DNA of 23,880 bases from contig CP070761.1 of assembly GCA_020348985.1 (NCBI GenBank), positions 132,351-156,230 on the forward strand. The letters are read 5' to 3'. The stretch's first letter is position 1, and every line of letters begins with the position of its first letter. Below are positions 7,758 through 16,178 of this stretch, in pieces. The notes beneath the pieces are model-generated. The model was not told the origin of the DNA. It saw only the letters and a program-made list of their open reading frames with translations, and ran no database searches. Source of the DNA: Candidatus Thorarchaeota archaeon. Lineage in GTDB: Archaea > Asgardarchaeota > Thorarchaeia > Thorarchaeales > Thorarchaeaceae. The translations under genes were made by a program, and so were the position numbers.

Positions 7758-8480
7758 ATGCAAGGACAGCTAGGAGAAGAATCAGAGCTTAACGCGGTTT
7801 TCCTCTACATGGGGATTCTGGATGCGTATGAGGCAGTAGGTGTGGAATTAATTGGTCCGGATGTGCTCGAGGAGCACGTGCTACCGAGAATGACCTACTA
7901 CGTGAGAGAGTTTCTCCCAGAGATCTTCTCAGAACGCGCCGATTCGGAGGAACTCACTACCGAGCTGCGTCGGTTCTTGACTGAATTCAGAGCTAGAGTT
8001 GAGGATGCCAGAGAGAAAGGGGTCGCTGGAGCAATGACAATGGAAGAGATATGGGAGCTACGAGCGGCCATTTTCGGATTCGAGTCTGTCTTCATAAACA
8101 TCCTCGGTGACAGCGCCATCAAAAACTACGTTCTCATCAGGATGGCCGACATTCTCTCTGCATATCTGCCGGAAAGTCTTCTCGACCCTCAGATTCCGCT
8201 TAAGACTAAATTGGAGTCTTATGCGAAGTACATCCAGGACAACAAGTTTGTCGGTTTTGCCAGAGTCAGCTTTGGAGATGATGAGATATCAGTAGCGGCC
8301 AACCGTTGTGAATTCTCAAGGATCCACGACTCTGAGGCTTACAGGAATCTCGATGTTAGGTTCTGTCCTTGGGGGATGATAGCTTCTGCAATAGTAGCCG
8401 CTCATGAGGGGAAGGAAACTAACTTGGAGTCCAGTCTGTTCACAACAAAGGGCAGTGTAAGCAAAATCAAGGCAAAGTAG
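7758..8480 (+). CDS. V4R/MetOD1/Bet3(TRAPP)-like fold protein with duplicated N-terminal helical module
   Basis: The C-terminal part EISVAANRCEFSRIH...RFCPWGMIASAI...GSVSKI matches the V4R/H-NOX/Bet3 superfamily pattern (strand-C-x-F...C-P-x-G-helix-two strands). The helical region is repeated internally. Confidence 0.6.
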   Translation: MQGQLGEESELNAVFLYMGILDAYEAVGVELIGPDVLEEHVLPRMTYYVREFLPEIFSERADSEELTTELRRFLTEFRARVEDAREKGVAGAMTMEEIWELRAAIFGFESVFINILGDSAIKNYVLIRMADILSAYLPESLLDPQIPLKTKLESYAKYIQDNKFVGFARVSFGDDEISVAANRCEFSRIHDSEAYRNLDVRFCPWGMIASAIVAAHEGKETNLESSLFTTKGSVSKIKAK

Positions 8481-8492
8481 GAGTGTACATGA

Positions 8493-8903
8493 ATGCAGAA
8501 CTCATGGATGTTTCTTGGAATCGAATCGCTCATAGTTGCAGTGCTCCTACTAGGTTGGTACTTTGGGGCTCGAAGGCTGAACTTCAATATCCATCATCTT
8601 GTTGTCTACACGGTCATTCTGGCTCATGCACTGGTAGTTTTCTTCTGGATGATACCGACTGCACAAGAGATTTCTAATTGGGTTTTCTCGAACCCCATAG
8701 GCAACTTGCGATTAGTCCTCCATTTTGGAATCGGCATGGTGGCTGATATTCTGTCAATCGCTCTCGCGGTTCTGTTCATCTTCCGACGTGACATGCCACT
8801 GAGCATCCTCAGAAGAGCCAGACCCGTCATGATTACCACGCTCACACTTTGGGTTATTGCATATGGGCTTGGCGTGGTAAACCTGCTGTTGAGATATCTC
8901 TGA
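8493..8903 (+). CDS. Four-TM membrane protein with intramembrane His residues (DUF420/cytochrome b-like)
   Basis: Four hydrophobic segments, with His in HHLVVYTVILAH and LVLHFGIG. It starts 12 nt after the V4R-like gene, preceded by AGGAG. Confidence 0.65.
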   Translation: MQNSWMFLGIESLIVAVLLLGWYFGARRLNFNIHHLVVYTVILAHALVVFFWMIPTAQEISNWVFSNPIGNLRLVLHFGIGMVADILSIALAVLFIFRRDMPLSILRRARPVMITTLTLWVIAYGLGVVNLLLRYL

Positions 8904-8978
8904 AGAACTTAGTACGACAGGTCTCCTTTCAAAAAGAGTATATACGTCCGCCCAAGGGTTTCAAAGAGGTTTCGGGAA

Positions 8979-9344
8979 GTGCAGGATTCGGATACAGGTC
9001 AGTTGACGAGAAAGGAGCTAGAAGAACTCAAACGGCTCAAGGCTGTAAGAGAGGCACTTGATGAATTCAAGCGTCGCGGCATTTCTGCCGACATTGCTGT
9101 TTGTCCAAACTGCAAGAGCCCGAGACTTGTTGACCTCACTTCATTTCATGATTTGGGCTACATTGGTTCATTTCAACCAGCCTACTATTGCCTTGATTGT
9201 GGATGGTACGGTCGTTCTATCACCATTATGTCAAACCGGCCTGAGAGAGACGTCGTTCTAGAGGATATGAAGAGCGCCTTTGGCTCACTCCGCGAACCGG
9301 AAGGAACCGAGATCGAGGACACTCCTGCTGAAGAGGATCTCTAG
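8979..9344 (+). CDS. Zinc-ribbon protein
   Basis: CPNCKS...YYCLDCGWYG, with an N-terminal charged helix and an acidic tail. TATA-like GTATATA at about 8938-8944. Confidence 0.75.
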   Translation: MQDSDTGQLTRKELEELKRLKAVREALDEFKRRGISADIAVCPNCKSPRLVDLTSFHDLGYIGSFQPAYYCLDCGWYGRSITIMSNRPERDVVLEDMKSAFGSLREPEGTEIEDTPAEEDL

Positions 9345-9631
9345 ACCCGTTTCTTTCTCTCAAGCTCGAAGATTACAGGATTGAACCCATCCGGACAGGC
9401 ATGCGTTGCAACACACTGGTCATTGAGCCATGGAAATCGAGCATTGTATCTCATTGCATAGACTTTCGGAATCATTGAATATAGCGCTGAGATGCAGATC
9501 ATTCCTTCTACTTCCATTCCGGTGAAGCGTATCGTGTCGCCCACCTTGTGTCCTGCTGCACATCTACCTTCCTGACTCTTGACCCTGCAAATGATATCCC
9601 AGGGATCATCGCCAACACATTCATCGGTCAT
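9341..9631 (-). CDS. TIGR04076-like small Cys-motif protein (copy 2)
   Basis: GRCAAGHKVGD...GMICISALYSMIP...ARFPW...ACPDGFNPVIFELER. Confidence 0.85.
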   Translation of the reverse strand: MTDECVGDDPWDIICRVKSQEGRCAAGHKVGDTIRFTGMEVEGMICISALYSMIPKVYAMRYNARFPWLNDQCVATHACPDGFNPVIFELERKKRV

Positions 9632-9673
9632 AGTAGAAAACCTACTCCCTCGGACTGATAAGCCCCATGATTC

Positions 9674-11011
9674 CTAGTCATCTTCTTTGTCGTCGAGGAG
9701 GCTTCTTTGATTATCTTCGTTCTCATCTGTAGGTCGACTAAGCGGCTCAATCGTGTACTGATTTGGTGGGAGATCAACAACATGAATGAGATCATCCGGT
9801 GATTCGCCCGCTCTCCTCAGACCCTCACTGGCCGCAACCGGTCCGAAAATCTGGAGTATCATTGTTGTAAGGATAATCACGCTTAGAATCAACTCGCCAG
9901 CAAAGATGGCTTCTGGAGTGCCAACAGCTTTTAGCTCGAATTCAATCACGAGAGCCAACCCAACGGCGACCCCTGCCTGTGACATCAAGCAAAACCCAAG
10001 GTATCTAGTAGTCAGGGGAGGCGAATTCGTCACTTTAGCACCCGCAAGAGCCCCCACATACTTTGAGACTGTTCTTCCAACTACATAAACAATCGTAAGG
10101 GCAACAACAATAACGCCTGCTGTGTTAAAGGCATGTCCAAAATCCGGACTGCCAGCAACAATGACGAAGAAGATCATGACAATAGGTGTCATCACAACTT
10201 TCAGCGTGTGACTAACTGGGTCTTTCTCGGACTGGACGTAGTTCCCCACAACGAATCCGAATACCATGCATGCAAAGATTGAACTAGAGTGGATGAAAAC
10301 CATAGCACCGACGAGAAGGATAATCATTCCAAGCTCAAATTCGAGCAGTCTGCTTCGATCGCTTCCACGGTTGATGAAGTAGACCATTCCTGCGCCGAAG
10401 ACTCCGCCGACAAAAGCTGCAACCCCAAGGTATCGCAACATCTCCAAAATCAAAGCACCTATTGCGAAAGTGCCTGCCCCGGCGTAGAAGAAGACTGCAA
10501 TTGAGATAGCGACGTTTGCGAGGACTATAGCAACAACATCATCCATGGCAAGAACGAACATCAATGTATCAGTCAGGTAGCCTTTGCATCTCTTTTCCCA
10601 GATTACCATCACAGTTGATGCGGGGTCTGTCGCACTAGCTAGGCCTCCAAAAACAATGGCGAGATACCAGTTGTTCAGAATCCATCCTGTGAAGAGAGTA
10701 ACCACAACGAAGGTCAGGACGGACTCAAATGCCAAGATAGTGCCCATCTGCTTTGTCCTACCTTTGAATACATCTTTGCGTATCTCTAGACCGATGTTGT
10801 ATCCAATCAAGCCCAGAGCCAGATCAACCACTGGCTGTAGATTGTTGAATGCCTCTCTGAAAGGAGTAAAAGTGCCCAGAACGAGCCCGGCTATCATGAA
10901 TCCGAGAACCTCTGGAATCCCTACTTTCTTCATCAATGCGGCACCAATGAAAGCGAGCACAAGTGCGGCGCCAATCACCAGTAGGATATCGGTAGGCATT
11001 AGTTCTTGCAC
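9674..11011 (-). CDS. Cation:proton antiporter (CPA2/Kef-like Na+/H+ exchanger)
   Basis: About 12-13 TMs; motifs IGLE, SATDPASTVMV, LAMDDVVAI, GRTVSKYVGA, SQAGVAVGLA. Confidence 0.9.
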   Translation of the reverse strand: MQELMPTDILLVIGAALVLAFIGAALMKKVGIPEVLGFMIAGLVLGTFTPFREAFNNLQPVVDLALGLIGYNIGLEIRKDVFKGRTKQMGTILAFESVLTFVVVTLFTGWILNNWYLAIVFGGLASATDPASTVMVIWEKRCKGYLTDTLMFVLAMDDVVAIVLANVAISIAVFFYAGAGTFAIGALILEMLRYLGVAAFVGGVFGAGMVYFINRGSDRSRLLEFELGMIILLVGAMVFIHSSSIFACMVFGFVVGNYVQSEKDPVSHTLKVVMTPIVMIFFVIVAGSPDFGHAFNTAGVIVVALTIVYVVGRTVSKYVGALAGAKVTNSPPLTTRYLGFCLMSQAGVAVGLALVIEFELKAVGTPEAIFAGELILSVIILTTMILQIFGPVAASEGLRRAGESPDDLIHVVDLPPNQYTIEPLSRPTDENEDNQRSLLDDKEDD

Positions 11012-11088
11012 GTGTTGGTTCTCTCCAATTCGCAGGCCGGACGGGCTCTTGTGGTTTAGTCCGCTATTATGAAGCTTATGTTGCTAAC

Positions 11089-11871
11089 TTAGAGCGACGT
11101 ATAGTATTCACATTCGTGCTTTAGGAAGCAGCTAGAGCAATTGGGCTTCTGTGCACGACATATTTCCCTACCATGTTTTATTAGATTGTGGTTTATTGAA
11201 TAAACACAGCTTCCTGGTACTATCTGTTCTAGCTCGATTTGTGCTTTCTCACGAGTGGAACTATTCGAAACAAGTCCGATTCTCTTTGTGACACGCCAAA
11301 CGTGCGTATCAACCGGCAAAACAGGACGCCCAAACGAGAAAAGCAAGACAATCGCGGCCGTCTTTGGACCCACACCGTGAAGTGATGTGAGCCAGTCTCT
11401 TGCGGCCTCGAGCTCCATGTCCTCAAGTAGGGACAAGTCGAGACTTCCAACTCTGGAGACTATTTCTGAGAGTGAGGCTTTGATTCGCTTGGCCTTCACT
11501 CTGAAAGTACCTGAGGATCTGATAGTATCTGCAAGTAGTTCCTCAGGAGCCGCAAGAACTTCTTCCCAAGTTGGAAATCTAGTCTTCAAACTCTCGAATC
11601 CCCGAAGCATGTTAACGTCTGAGGTATTCTGACTAAGAATCGTCATCACTAGCTCATCTATCGGAGGTAGCTTTCTCTCAGCCACGACCGATCCGTATTC
11701 TGATATCAATAGTCTGCAGACTCTTACGGCCTTTTCTTTCTTGGATACGACACTATGCGAATTCAAGTTAGAACGAGAGCGCACTGGGTTCTCTGTATTT
11801 GAAACTAGGGGTAACGGTGGGAGAGTCTTTAGGTTATTGCAGAAGTCTTTTTTTTGGTACTGTAGTCGCAC
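11089..11871 (-). CDS. nth: Endonuclease III (HhH-GPD DNA glycosylase with 4Fe-4S cluster)
   Basis: TILSQNTSD, HhH LHGVGPKTA, PVDTHVWRV, and FCL motif C-x6-C-x2-C-x5-C (CRAQKPNCSSCFLKHEC). The real start is probably about 30-40 codons downstream of the ORF start. Confidence 0.9.
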   Translation of the reverse strand: MRLQYQKKDFCNNLKTLPPLPLVSNTENPVRSRSNLNSHSVVSKKEKAVRVCRLLISEYGSVVAERKLPPIDELVMTILSQNTSDVNMLRGFESLKTRFPTWEEVLAAPEELLADTIRSSGTFRVKAKRIKASLSEIVSRVGSLDLSLLEDMELEAARDWLTSLHGVGPKTAAIVLLFSFGRPVLPVDTHVWRVTKRIGLVSNSSTREKAQIELEQIVPGSCVYSINHNLIKHGREICRAQKPNCSSCFLKHECEYYTSL

Positions 11872-11883
11872 TATTGACTCTGA

Positions 11884-12303
11884 ATGAAAGTTGCAATTGT
11901 TTACGAGAGTACTAGGGGAAGGACTCTTGCCATGGCTAAGGCATTCTGCGAAGGGGTGGAATCTGCTTCAATGGAGTGCAACCTCATCGACGCGAAAGAT
12001 TTCGAAGGCATACAAGATGCATGCGCCATTGCGGTTGGAAGCTCTACCAGAATGAAGAGACCTCTACCGCATGTGAGACGTGTGCTTTCTGAACTCAGTA
12101 ATCTGAGTGAACTTCCTGCAGCGTCATTTGGATCCTATGGATGGAGCGGAGAAGCACCAGATGAGATAGCGAGCTTGCTAGAAAAGAGCGGGGCTGCATT
12201 GGTTGACAGCCAACCGATAAAGGCGAAGGACTATCCAAGCGAAGAAATCTTGGAAAGCTGCAAAAGACTTGGCCGCGCTCTTGCTGAACGGTGCAGCAAA
12301 TAA
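11884..12303 (+). CDS. Flavodoxin-domain protein (FprA C-terminal-like)
   Basis: IVYESTRGRTLAMA, AVGSST, AASFGSYGWSGEA, CKRLGRALA. Confidence 0.9.
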   Translation: MKVAIVYESTRGRTLAMAKAFCEGVESASMECNLIDAKDFEGIQDACAIAVGSSTRMKRPLPHVRRVLSELSNLSELPAASFGSYGWSGEAPDEIASLLEKSGAALVDSQPIKAKDYPSEEILESCKRLGRALAERCSK

Positions 12304-12363
12304 GGTCTTGAAAGACATAACTCTTATCTCTTAGAGGTTATCTGAGCGCGCAGGGATGTTCAG

Positions 12364-14268
12364 ATGGGCCACATATCAAGACTCACAAAGTATGCCCTGA
12401 AGCATAGGGGACACTTTGTAGGCTTTATGAGCACAGCTCTCGTGGCCACGATCTTCAATCTGTACACTCCTCTTGTCCTGGTCGAAATCGTTGATTTGGC
12501 AACGGCTGGAGCGGCTTACAGTACGCTCCTCTTGTTTGCATTATTCTATCTTGGGATTACTGGCTTGTATGGCCTTTCGGATTTCATTCAGAGATACGTC
12601 AGTGCCCTTATGGCGCAACATGTTATCTACGACCTGAGGACGGAGCTGTATGAGAGCCTCATGATGAAGGACCTCGCATTCTACGATGACAATGAGACTG
12701 GTCAGATTCTCGCGAGGGTAACGACAGACGTTACTACAATGCGTCAGTTTCTACTTTGGGGATATCGCGTCATTTTCATCGGAGTTCTCAATTTCATAGG
12801 CACGTACTATGTCATGTGGTTGATAAACCAGCAGCTGACCATCTATATGCTTGCAGTCATTCCAGGAATTGTCATCTTCATCTACGTCTTTGCAAAGAAA
12901 GTCCGGCCGGTCTATTTTGAATCAAGAAGGAAGTACGGTTCTCTTAGTGCGGTGCTACAAGAGAATGTTGTAGGAATGAAGGTAGTCCAATCGTACGTGT
13001 CTGGAGACCGTGAGAGCAAACGTGTGGAACGTGAGAATCGGGACTATCTTGACTTAATCGTTGAAGCAAATCGACTGTCCGCATTTTACAGCCCCCTAAT
13101 AACTGCGGTACTGGGCATTGCATTGGGTGCCATTATCTACATTGGGGGGTGGGATTTTGTACTTGGCAACTTGTCTTACGGCGAGTTCGTTGGTTTTGTG
13201 AGTCTAATCTCCATGCTTCATCTCCCAGCAAGGTTTCTTAGCTGGGGTGTAGGAATGTATCAAAGAGCATCTGCCGCCGCAGAGAGAACATTCTATGTCC
13301 TTGATGTGCAAGATGAAGTCAGAAGTCCAGAGAACCCAGTCCAATTTGATCAGATTGAAGGAAGAGTCACCTTTGACCGTGTGGATTTCAGCTATCGAGG
13401 GGAGAACTGGATCCTAAAAGACGTCTCTTTCACTGTAGAACCGGGGCAAGTCGTAGCTCTGCTTGGGAGCACTGGATCAGGAAAGACGAGTATCGTTAAC
13501 TTGATTCCGCGTTTCTATGACGTTGAGAACGAGCGAACGATAACATATCAAGGCAGAACACATAGACTGGATTCCAGGGGCAAGATTAGACTAAACGGCA
13601 ATGAGTACCAAGAAAGACACGGTACTATCTGGATTGATGATGAACTACTAGAAGTAAAGGATCCCGGAACTGCATACATTGACAACATTGATGTCAGACA
13701 GTACCGTATTCCCGAACTGCGCTCATCGATTGGGATGGTCCACCAAGATCCGTTTCTGTTCTCGGCATCAATCCGTGAGAACATAGCATTCGCAAGACCT
13801 GATGCATCAGAGGAGGAGATAGTCTCAGCGGCAAAAGCAGCTATGATACATGACTTCATAGAGAGCTTGGACGAAGGATACGACACCGAGGTTGGTGAAA
13901 GAGGTGTAACCCTCAGCGGCGGACAGAAACAACGCGTCGCGATTGCAAGAGCCATATTAGCTGATCCGAGAATCTTGATTCTCGATGATTCTACCAGCTC
14001 CGTTGATGCAAAGACCGAGATGCAGATTCAGCAAGCATTAGAGAACTTGATGGTCGGTCGGACGACATTCATCATAACACATCGACTCTCAACTATACGA
14101 AATGCAGACATGATCATAATCATGGACCGAGGCCGAATTATCGAGATGGGTACTCACGATGAGCTGGTGAAGCTAGGTCGAATCTACGCAGACCTATTTG
14201 CTACCTTGACCAAGATGGAAGAGATAGCTGACGAGACCTTAGAATACGGAGGGCTGGTTCATGGGTAG
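12364..14268 (+). CDS. ABC exporter half-transporter (TMD+NBD), heterodimer subunit 1 (TM287-like)
   Basis: Six-TM TMD; Walker A GSTGSGKT, signature LSGGQKQR, degenerate Walker B ILILDD, H-loop ITHRLST; 45-aa insertion after Walker A. Confidence 0.95.
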   Translation: MGHISRLTKYALKHRGHFVGFMSTALVATIFNLYTPLVLVEIVDLATAGAAYSTLLLFALFYLGITGLYGLSDFIQRYVSALMAQHVIYDLRTELYESLMMKDLAFYDDNETGQILARVTTDVTTMRQFLLWGYRVIFIGVLNFIGTYYVMWLINQQLTIYMLAVIPGIVIFIYVFAKKVRPVYFESRRKYGSLSAVLQENVVGMKVVQSYVSGDRESKRVERENRDYLDLIVEANRLSAFYSPLITAVLGIALGAIIYIGGWDFVLGNLSYGEFVGFVSLISMLHLPARFLSWGVGMYQRASAAAERTFYVLDVQDEVRSPENPVQFDQIEGRVTFDRVDFSYRGENWILKDVSFTVEPGQVVALLGSTGSGKTSIVNLIPRFYDVENERTITYQGRTHRLDSRGKIRLNGNEYQERHGTIWIDDELLEVKDPGTAYIDNIDVRQYRIPELRSSIGMVHQDPFLFSASIRENIAFARPDASEEEIVSAAKAAMIHDFIESLDEGYDTEVGERGVTLSGGQKQRVAIARAILADPRILILDDSTSSVDAKTEMQIQQALENLMVGRTTFIITHRLSTIRNADMIIIMDRGRIIEMGTHDELVKLGRIYADLFATLTKMEEIADETLEYGGLVHG

Positions 14269-16150
14269 CCATATGGACTTCGATGAAGAAGAGCGGACTC
14301 ACGTCTACTCTGATTGGACTCTGCTGAGGAGAATGGTGGGCTATCTACTAAGATATCGGGGTCTCGTTGCTGTAGTTGCTGTGCTTATCATCGTAGACAT
14401 CGCGGTCAGTATCGCGGCACCATTTGTCCTAAGACATGCACTGGACGTAGACTTTGTCAGTGGAGACCTTCAGGCACTTCTTTTTTCGTCTCTTCTATAC
14501 ATTGCATTGGTTGTGGTGACATGGTTCTCGACCTACGGACATGGTTACTACTCGGCCCTGATGGGGCAGAGAGCTGTCTTTAGGTTACGTCAGGATCTAT
14601 TCGAACATCTCCAGATAATGTCACAGGATTACTATGACAAAACATCTAGTGGATCAATAATCTCTCGTTTAACAAACGATATAGACCGAATTAGCGAGCT
14701 TCTATCTGGTGGCCTATTCAACACGCTCGCTCAGTTCTTCATAGTATTCGCGGTTGGGGCGGTAGTGTTCACAGTTGATTTCCAGTTGTCCCTGGTCTTG
14801 TTGACAGTGGTCCCAATACTTGCGGTCTCAACCCATGTGTTCCGTATGAAAGCAAGAGAGGCTTATAGACGAACAAGAAGAACAATCTCAAGTGTCACGG
14901 CGAACTTGGCTGAAAGCATATCCGGCGCAAAGGTCACGAAAACATTCACGCGTGAACGTGAGAGTGTCATTAAGTTTGCAGAATTGAATCAAGCAGACTT
15001 TCAGTCAAATGTTGACGCTGCCAAGTTTGCCTCAGCCTTCTTTCCAGCAATCCGTTTCATTGGAGGATTGGGAGTGTTCCTTATACTCTGGATTGGAGGC
15101 ATTAGAGTAGTTGAAGGAACCTTGTCTGTAGGATCGCTTTTGTTCTTCCTCCAGATGAACTCCATCTTCTTCAGGCCGATTATCATAATCACCAGCTTTT
15201 ACAACACAGTGCAGAGTGCTTTCGCTGGCTCAGAGCGTGTCTTCGCCATTCTTGACACAACACCGTCAATCGAGGACCAGCCAGGCGCCATAGATCTGCC
15301 TCCTATTCGGGGTCACGTGAAGTATAGCAATGTCAATTTCAGCTATGTTGAGGGAACCCCGGTTCTGCAAGACTTCTCACTCGAGATAGAAGCTGGCGAG
15401 ACAGTTGCACTAGTCGGCGACACAGGGGCAGGGAAAACAACTGTGGTGAATCTTCTGAACAGATTCTACGATGTCGACTCAGGCAGAGTGTTGATTGACG
15501 GAATTGACATCCGCGACGTGACTCGGGAGTCTCTACGTGCGAGCCTAGGATTGGTCCTCCAAGATTCCTTCCTTTTCTCGGGTACAGTCATTGAGAACAT
15601 AAGGTATGGGAGACCTTATGCAACGGATGATGAGGTTGTCAATGCAACCGAGACAATCGGAGCAAAGAGGTTGATTGAGAGCCTGGAGAATGGGTTCGAT
15701 ACCGAAGTCGGAGAACGAGGAAGCAGGCTTTCGGAGGGCGAGCGTCAACTGGTTAGCTTCGCCCGAGCACTTCTAGCCAATCCCCGAATCCTTGTTTTGG
15801 ACGAAGCAACTAGCTCGATAGACATCTACACTGAACATACAATTCAGAGAGGGATGAAAGCACTCCTCAAAGGTAGAACATCAATCGTGATTGCACACAG
15901 ACTGTCAACAATTGTCAATGCAGACCGGATTATCGTTCTGGAAGATGGTAGAATAGTTGAGACCGGTCGTCACGGAGAACTTATGGCAAAGAGAGGGAAG
16001 TACTACTCGTTGTATGAGCTCCAGATTAAGCCCCGAGCCATACTAGTCAGAGAACACGAAATATCAGAAGAGCCGCTGCTTGAAGCTGCTGTTGCAAGTG
16101 GAGGCGTCCCCGTCAGCGAAAACGGAACCGTCGCCGATGACAGGGACTAA
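14261..16150 (+). CDS. ABC exporter half-transporter (TMD+NBD), heterodimer subunit 2 (TM288-like)
   Basis: Walker A GDTGAGKT, degenerate signature LSEGERQ, canonical Walker B LVLDEATS, IAHRLST; 8-nt overlap with the upstream gene. Confidence 0.95.
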   Translation: MGSHMDFDEEERTHVYSDWTLLRRMVGYLLRYRGLVAVVAVLIIVDIAVSIAAPFVLRHALDVDFVSGDLQALLFSSLLYIALVVVTWFSTYGHGYYSALMGQRAVFRLRQDLFEHLQIMSQDYYDKTSSGSIISRLTNDIDRISELLSGGLFNTLAQFFIVFAVGAVVFTVDFQLSLVLLTVVPILAVSTHVFRMKAREAYRRTRRTISSVTANLAESISGAKVTKTFTRERESVIKFAELNQADFQSNVDAAKFASAFFPAIRFIGGLGVFLILWIGGIRVVEGTLSVGSLLFFLQMNSIFFRPIIIITSFYNTVQSAFAGSERVFAILDTTPSIEDQPGAIDLPPIRGHVKYSNVNFSYVEGTPVLQDFSLEIEAGETVALVGDTGAGKTTVVNLLNRFYDVDSGRVLIDGIDIRDVTRESLRASLGLVLQDSFLFSGTVIENIRYGRPYATDDEVVNATETIGAKRLIESLENGFDTEVGERGSRLSEGERQLVSFARALLANPRILVLDEATSSIDIYTEHTIQRGMKALLKGRTSIVIAHRLSTIVNADRIIVLEDGRIVETGRHGELMAKRGKYYSLYELQIKPRAILVREHEISEEPLLEAAVASGGVPVSENGTVADDRD

Positions 16151-16178
16151 TTGTCGAGTTGATAATGGCAGAAGACTA

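Noticed and set aside
10584-11072. Long antisense or alternative-frame ORFs (e.g. 10584-11072, 5466-5954, 13548-13955, 17226-17654, 17962-18372, 19858-20232)
   Set aside because: These are shadows of well-supported genes and carry no motifs.
13525-13665. Intein in the ABC ATPase
   Set aside because: It is too short and lacks the N-terminal Cys/Ser and C-terminal His-Asn plus Cys/Ser/Thr splice motifs.
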